Positions 60,556 to 64,000 of a stretch of 64,000 nucleotides of DNA are shown in pieces. Location: contig CAZPQM010000004.1 in assembly GCA_964588995.1 (NCBI GenBank), positions 10,128 through 74,127 on the forward strand, read 5' to 3'. This stretch comes from an uncultured Rickettsiales bacterium. GTDB taxonomy: Bacteria > Pseudomonadota > Alphaproteobacteria > Rickettsiales > UBA8987. Under the pieces are notes generated by a model. That model ran no database searches, was not told where the DNA came from, and saw nothing but the letters and a program-made list of their open reading frames with translations. A program made the translations under genes and the position numbers. Position 1 is the stretch's first letter. Every line of letters begins with the position of its first letter.

Positions 60556-61305
60556 TTACCCTTTCCCGTTATTGACGATTGTTCTGGTGCCATTCCCGGT
60601 GATGACCTGCTTAAAGCCGTTGTGCTCATGAATGGAGAAAACGATAATAGGTAAGTTATTTTCGCGTGCAAGGGAGATGGCGGAGCCATCCATCACGCCA
60701 AGATCGTTTTCCAACACATAGCGGTAATCGATCGTATCGAAGCGCTTTGCATCCGGGTTGATTTTGGGATCGCTGTCATAAACACCGTCGACCTGTGTGC
60801 CTTTAAACAGTGCATCGCATTCCAGTTCAATCGCGCGGAGGGCGGCGGCGGAGTCAGTCGTGAAGAACGGGTTGCCGGTTCCGGCGGCGCAAATGACGAT
60901 GCGCCCGCGTTCCATATGCCGTTTCGCGCGGCGGCGTATAAATGGTTCGCACACGCTATCCATACGGATCGCGGAAAGTACCCGCGTATCAACGCCTTTC
61001 TTCTCAAGCGCGTTTTGTACGGCAAGCGCGTTCATGACCGTGGCCAGCATGCCCATATAATCGGCGCTCGCGCGGTCCATACCGGCTTCGGAAGCGCTCA
61101 TGCCGCGGAAAATGTTGCCGCCGCCGACCACAATGCAGATTTCTACGCCGAGCGAATGGACGGCGACGATTTCCTCGGAAATACGCTGGAGTGTTGGGAG
61201 GTCCTGTCCGAAGGCTTTTGCGCCCATTAATGCTTCACCGGAAAGCTTGAGCAGAACGCGTTTGTAGGCAGCTTGCGGCACCTGGTTTACCCCGATTTTT
61301 GTCAT
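60556..61305 (-). CDS. pyrH: UMP kinase (start may be GTG 61281)
   Basis: [27 protein letters not shown]. Confidence 0.96.
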   Translation of the reverse strand: MTKIGVNQVPQAAYKRVLLKLSGEALMGAKAFGQDLPTLQRISEEIVAVHSLGVEICIVVGGGNIFRGMSASEAGMDRASADYMGMLATVMNALAVQNALEKKGVDTRVLSAIRMDSVCEPFIRRRAKRHMERGRIVICAAGTGNPFFTTDSAAALRAIELECDALFKGTQVDGVYDSDPKINPDAKRFDTIDYRYVLENDLGVMDGSAISLARENNLPIIVFSIHEHNGFKQVITGNGTRTIVNNGKG

Positions 61306-61384
61306 TCCGGACTTTATCCTAAAGATCTACTATTCTCTAGCGCGCAGCGGTCCCCGGGTCAAGCCCGGGTACTATATATTTGCC

Positions 61385-62290
61385 TTACGCCACGCCTGCA
61401 GCGGCTTTAACTTCTTCAGCGAAGTTATCTTCTTTTTTCTCAATACCCTCGCCGAGCGTGTACTGCACAAAACCGGCGATTTTGATCGGGCTGCCAATTT
61501 CTTTGGCTGCGGCATCCACTGCATCCTGTACTTTCGTTTTACCATCGATAACAAAGGTTTGCTCCGGAAGCACTACTTCCTCGTAATATTTACGGATGCG
61601 GCCTTCGACCATTTTTTCAATGATGTTGTCAGGTTTTCCGGACGCTTTAGCCTGCTCGCTGAAAATCTTACGCTCACGCTCGAGCTCTTCGGAAGGTACA
61701 TCGTCGCGGGTTAGGCCGATGGGCTTGGCAGCGGCGACATGCATCGCCACCTGCTTGCCGATGGATTCCAGTTTGTCGGCAGATGCGTCGGATTCCAGTG
61801 CGACTAATACGCCGATTTTACCGAGATTATCGGTAACGGCGTTATGAATGTAAGAAACCACAGCGCCTTTGGAGACGGACAGGCTGTCAGCGCGGCGGAG
61901 TTGAATATTTTCGCCGATAGTCGCGACCGCATCGGTGATTTTTTCACCTTTTGCCTGCACCAGCGCATCAAGCTTACCGTCAACATCCAGCGCAGCGTCA
62001 GTGACGTCTTCGGCCAGCTTTTGGAACTGCTCATTTTTAGAAACGAAATCGGTTTCGGAATTGATTTCTACGATAGCGCCCTTCGTGCCGGAAACGCTAA
62101 CGCCAACTAAGCCTTCTGCTGCGACGCGTCCGGACTTTTTACCCGCTTTCGCGATACCTTTTTCGCGCAGCCAGTCTTTCGCGGCCTCGAAATCTCCATT
62201 ATTTTCTGCCAGTGCTTTTTTGCAGTCCATCATGCCGGCACCGGTTGCTTCGCGTAATTCTTTAATCAAACTTGCTGTAATCGCAGCCAT
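61385..62290 (-). CDS. tsf: Elongation factor Ts
   Basis: [23 protein letters not shown]. Confidence 0.97.
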   Translation of the reverse strand: MAAITASLIKELREATGAGMMDCKKALAENNGDFEAAKDWLREKGIAKAGKKSGRVAAEGLVGVSVSGTKGAIVEINSETDFVSKNEQFQKLAEDVTDAALDVDGKLDALVQAKGEKITDAVATIGENIQLRRADSLSVSKGAVVSYIHNAVTDNLGKIGVLVALESDASADKLESIGKQVAMHVAAAKPIGLTRDDVPSEELERERKIFSEQAKASGKPDNIIEKMVEGRIRKYYEEVVLPEQTFVIDGKTKVQDAVDAAAKEIGSPIKIAGFVQYTLGEGIEKKEDNFAEEVKAAAGVA

Positions 62291-62316
62291 GGTGTGTACT
62301 CCTTCTAGTGGTTTTC

Positions 62317-62403
62317 GTCATTGCGAGCGAAGCGCGGCAACCTTCATGCAGCAAGTGCCCGGCTTTGGGAGATTGCCACGTCGCTAGCGCTCCTCGCAAT
62401 GAC
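62317..62403. repeat. REPIN-like element (module A) between rpsB and tsf
   Basis: cgtcattgcgagcgaagcgcggcaacc...gagattgccacgtcgctagcgctcctcgcaatgac. Confidence 0.8.
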
Positions 62404-62411
62404 CCGTTAAA

Positions 62412-63275
62412 CTAACTTCCGCTTGCCGCCTTGACAACGGGAGCATTCTCTTCTTCAGTTTTTTCGGCCTCATCCTTGTTTTCAGATGGTTTTTCCGTTT
62501 TCTTCTTTGCGGCTTTGACTTCTACTTTTGTCTCGTCGCTTTCTGTAGGCGCAGCCTCTTTCTTCAGCGGCTCCACCTTACCGACAGACTGCTGAATACC
62601 GCCTAAGACGGCATCGGCCATCAGGTTGCAATAAAGCTGAATCGCGCGGATCGCATCATCGTTACCGGGCACTACATAATCGATATGTTCCGGGTTTGCG
62701 TTGGAGTCCACAATACCTATCACCGGGATACCCAGTTTATTCGCTTCATCAATCGCGATTTTCTCTTTCTTCGTATCAATCACGAAAATCAGGTCCGGAA
62801 CGCCGCCCATTTCTTTGATGCCGCCAAGCGCCAGTTCCAGCTTGTTAATCCGGCGATGAATCTGCAGCCGTTCTTTTTTGCTGATAACAATATCCGGATC
62901 CTGCAGCTGGGTTTCCAGTTCCTGCAGGGTTTTGATGGATTGCGACACGGTGCTCCAGTTAGTCAGCATACCACCCAGCCAGCGGTGATTAACGTAATAC
63001 TGGCCGCAGAGCTCCGCCGCTTCCTTCACGATATTGGAGGCCTGCCGCTTGGTACTGACAAACAGAATTTTGCCACCTGATTTCGCGACATCCTGCGCTT
63101 TTTCCAGTGCGCGGTAGAGCAGGGGCACGGTCTTTTGCAGGTCTATAATATGGACGCCGTTACGCTCGCCGTAAATGTAGGGCGCCATACGTGGGTCCCA
63201 GCGCATAGTTTTGTGGCCGAAATGCACACCGGCATCCAGCAATTGTTGCATAGTAAATTTAATGGTATCGTTCAT
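62412..63275 (-). CDS. rpsB: 30S ribosomal protein S2
   Basis: [22 protein letters not shown]. Confidence 0.97.
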   Translation of the reverse strand: MNDTIKFTMQQLLDAGVHFGHKTMRWDPRMAPYIYGERNGVHIIDLQKTVPLLYRALEKAQDVAKSGGKILFVSTKRQASNIVKEAAELCGQYYVNHRWLGGMLTNWSTVSQSIKTLQELETQLQDPDIVISKKERLQIHRRINKLELALGGIKEMGGVPDLIFVIDTKKEKIAIDEANKLGIPVIGIVDSNANPEHIDYVVPGNDDAIRAIQLYCNLMADAVLGGIQQSVGKVEPLKKEAAPTESDETKVEVKAAKKKTEKPSENKDEAEKTEEENAPVVKAASGS

Positions 63276-63283
63276 TATCTGAT

Positions 63284-63370
63284 CCTTTTTCGGTTAGTCC
63301 TCTGCAGACAACGCTATGTTTCCATAACACCGAAATGCGTCTTTCGTTGCATTGCGCCTGCATGTGATGT
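63284..63370 (-). ncRNA. rpsB leader (t44/S2 autoregulatory element)
   Basis: CACAUGCAGGCG...UCUGCAGAGGACUAACCGAA with UUCGGU/ACCGAA pseudoknot potential. Confidence 0.7.
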
Positions 63371-63384
63371 AAAACAAGGACTGC

Positions 63385-63413
63385 CTTATATGCGATTTGA
63401 CGAGAGAACGCAA
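63385..63413 (-). promoter_or_regulatory. Putative rpsB promoter
   Basis: TTGCGT-17 nt-TATAAG. Confidence 0.55.
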
Positions 63414-63552
63414 GTAGTAACTCTAGCGGCATTTGGAGATAATACTAAGGTAGATTCCGCTATTTTCGTGTGAATCATGGATAAAGCGTAAACATAAATC
63501 GAACTCACGGTCTAATCGCGGAAAAACTATGAAATAAGAAAGAAAGTTTATT

Positions 63553-63741
63553 ATGAATTTCAGTATTATCCTTATACTCGTACTTATGTTATCAACCCTG
63601 ACCATTCTGGTCGCAGGGATTGTTTCGATGATTGCCGGCGCTGAAACCAGCAAGAAATATGGTACCCGGCTGATGATGGCGCGGGTGATCTCCCAGGCAC
63701 TTGCGATTTTCGCATTGGTGTTTCTCTTTGCTACGAATTAG
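63553..63741 (+). CDS. Twin transmembrane helix small protein (HIG1-like)
   Basis: Two TM helices, KYGTRLMMARVISQ. Confidence 0.8.
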   Translation: MNFSIILILVLMLSTLTILVAGIVSMIAGAETSKKYGTRLMMARVISQALAIFALVFLFATN

Positions 63742-64000
63742 TAGGATGTTCCTGCAGCCAGTCTTTTAGGGCATCGTTCATACGGGTTTGCCAGCCTTTT
63801 CCGGTAGCGCGGAATTGTTCCACGATATCAGCATCCAGCCGAATGGTAACCTTTTGCTTCGGTGACTCAGCTTTTGGCCGTCCGACCCGCCCCTCCTTCA
63901 ATGCTTTAAGGAATGCAGGAGGCAATACCTCCTTCGCCGGGCGCATTCGGGCGAAATCCTCATCGGTCAGCTCAGGGCTGTCATCCTCATCCAGCCAAAC
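63731..64000 (-). CDS. brnA: BrnA family antitoxin (5'-truncated by window edge)
   Basis: DSPELTDEDFARMRP...GRP...VTIRLDADIVEQFRATGKGWQTRMN. Confidence 0.88.
   Translation of the reverse strand, partial: VWLDEDDSPELTDEDFARMRPAKEVLPPAFLKALKEGRVGRPKAESPKQKVTIRLDADIVEQFRATGKGWQTRMNDALKDWLQEHPTNS

Overview
Alphaproteobacterial chromosome segment. The ribF-lspA-DUF3035-M16/M16 order without ileS, secF split from secD, an orphan terminase and CGTC/RPE-like repeats suggest a Rickettsiales-related lineage (inference). Housekeeping blocks: serS-nlpD-yajC-secD-Mth938; sodB, pabB/pabC, mutL, higBA, pgi, M16 pair, lspA, ribF, secF, murJ, uppP; parE; rpsB-tsf-pyrH-frr-uppS-cdsA-dxr-rseP-bamA-skp-lpxD-fabZ-lpxA-lpxI-lpxB. 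A 15.4-kb island is integrated at tRNA-Leu(CAA), with attL/attR and integrase arm repeats visible. It carries a P4-type integrase, AlpA and a type I R-M operon interleaved with four accessory genes (DNA-binding protein + Doc kinase, PD-(D/E)xK protein, DUF3644/HEPN-like protein) plus decayed nuclease genes. Best candidates for novelty: (1) a tandem structured RNA with compensatory base changes in the uppP 5' leader; (2) the R-M-embedded Doc module, with a perfect palindrome inside its partner gene; (3) a dual-start Tat/cytoplasmic Fe-SOD; (4) ordered mosaics of palindromic repeats; (5) an AT-rich HD-domain/deaminase cluster broken by in-frame TAA codons; (6) an orphan terminase pair. All family calls come from motif recognition by eye; no searches were run.
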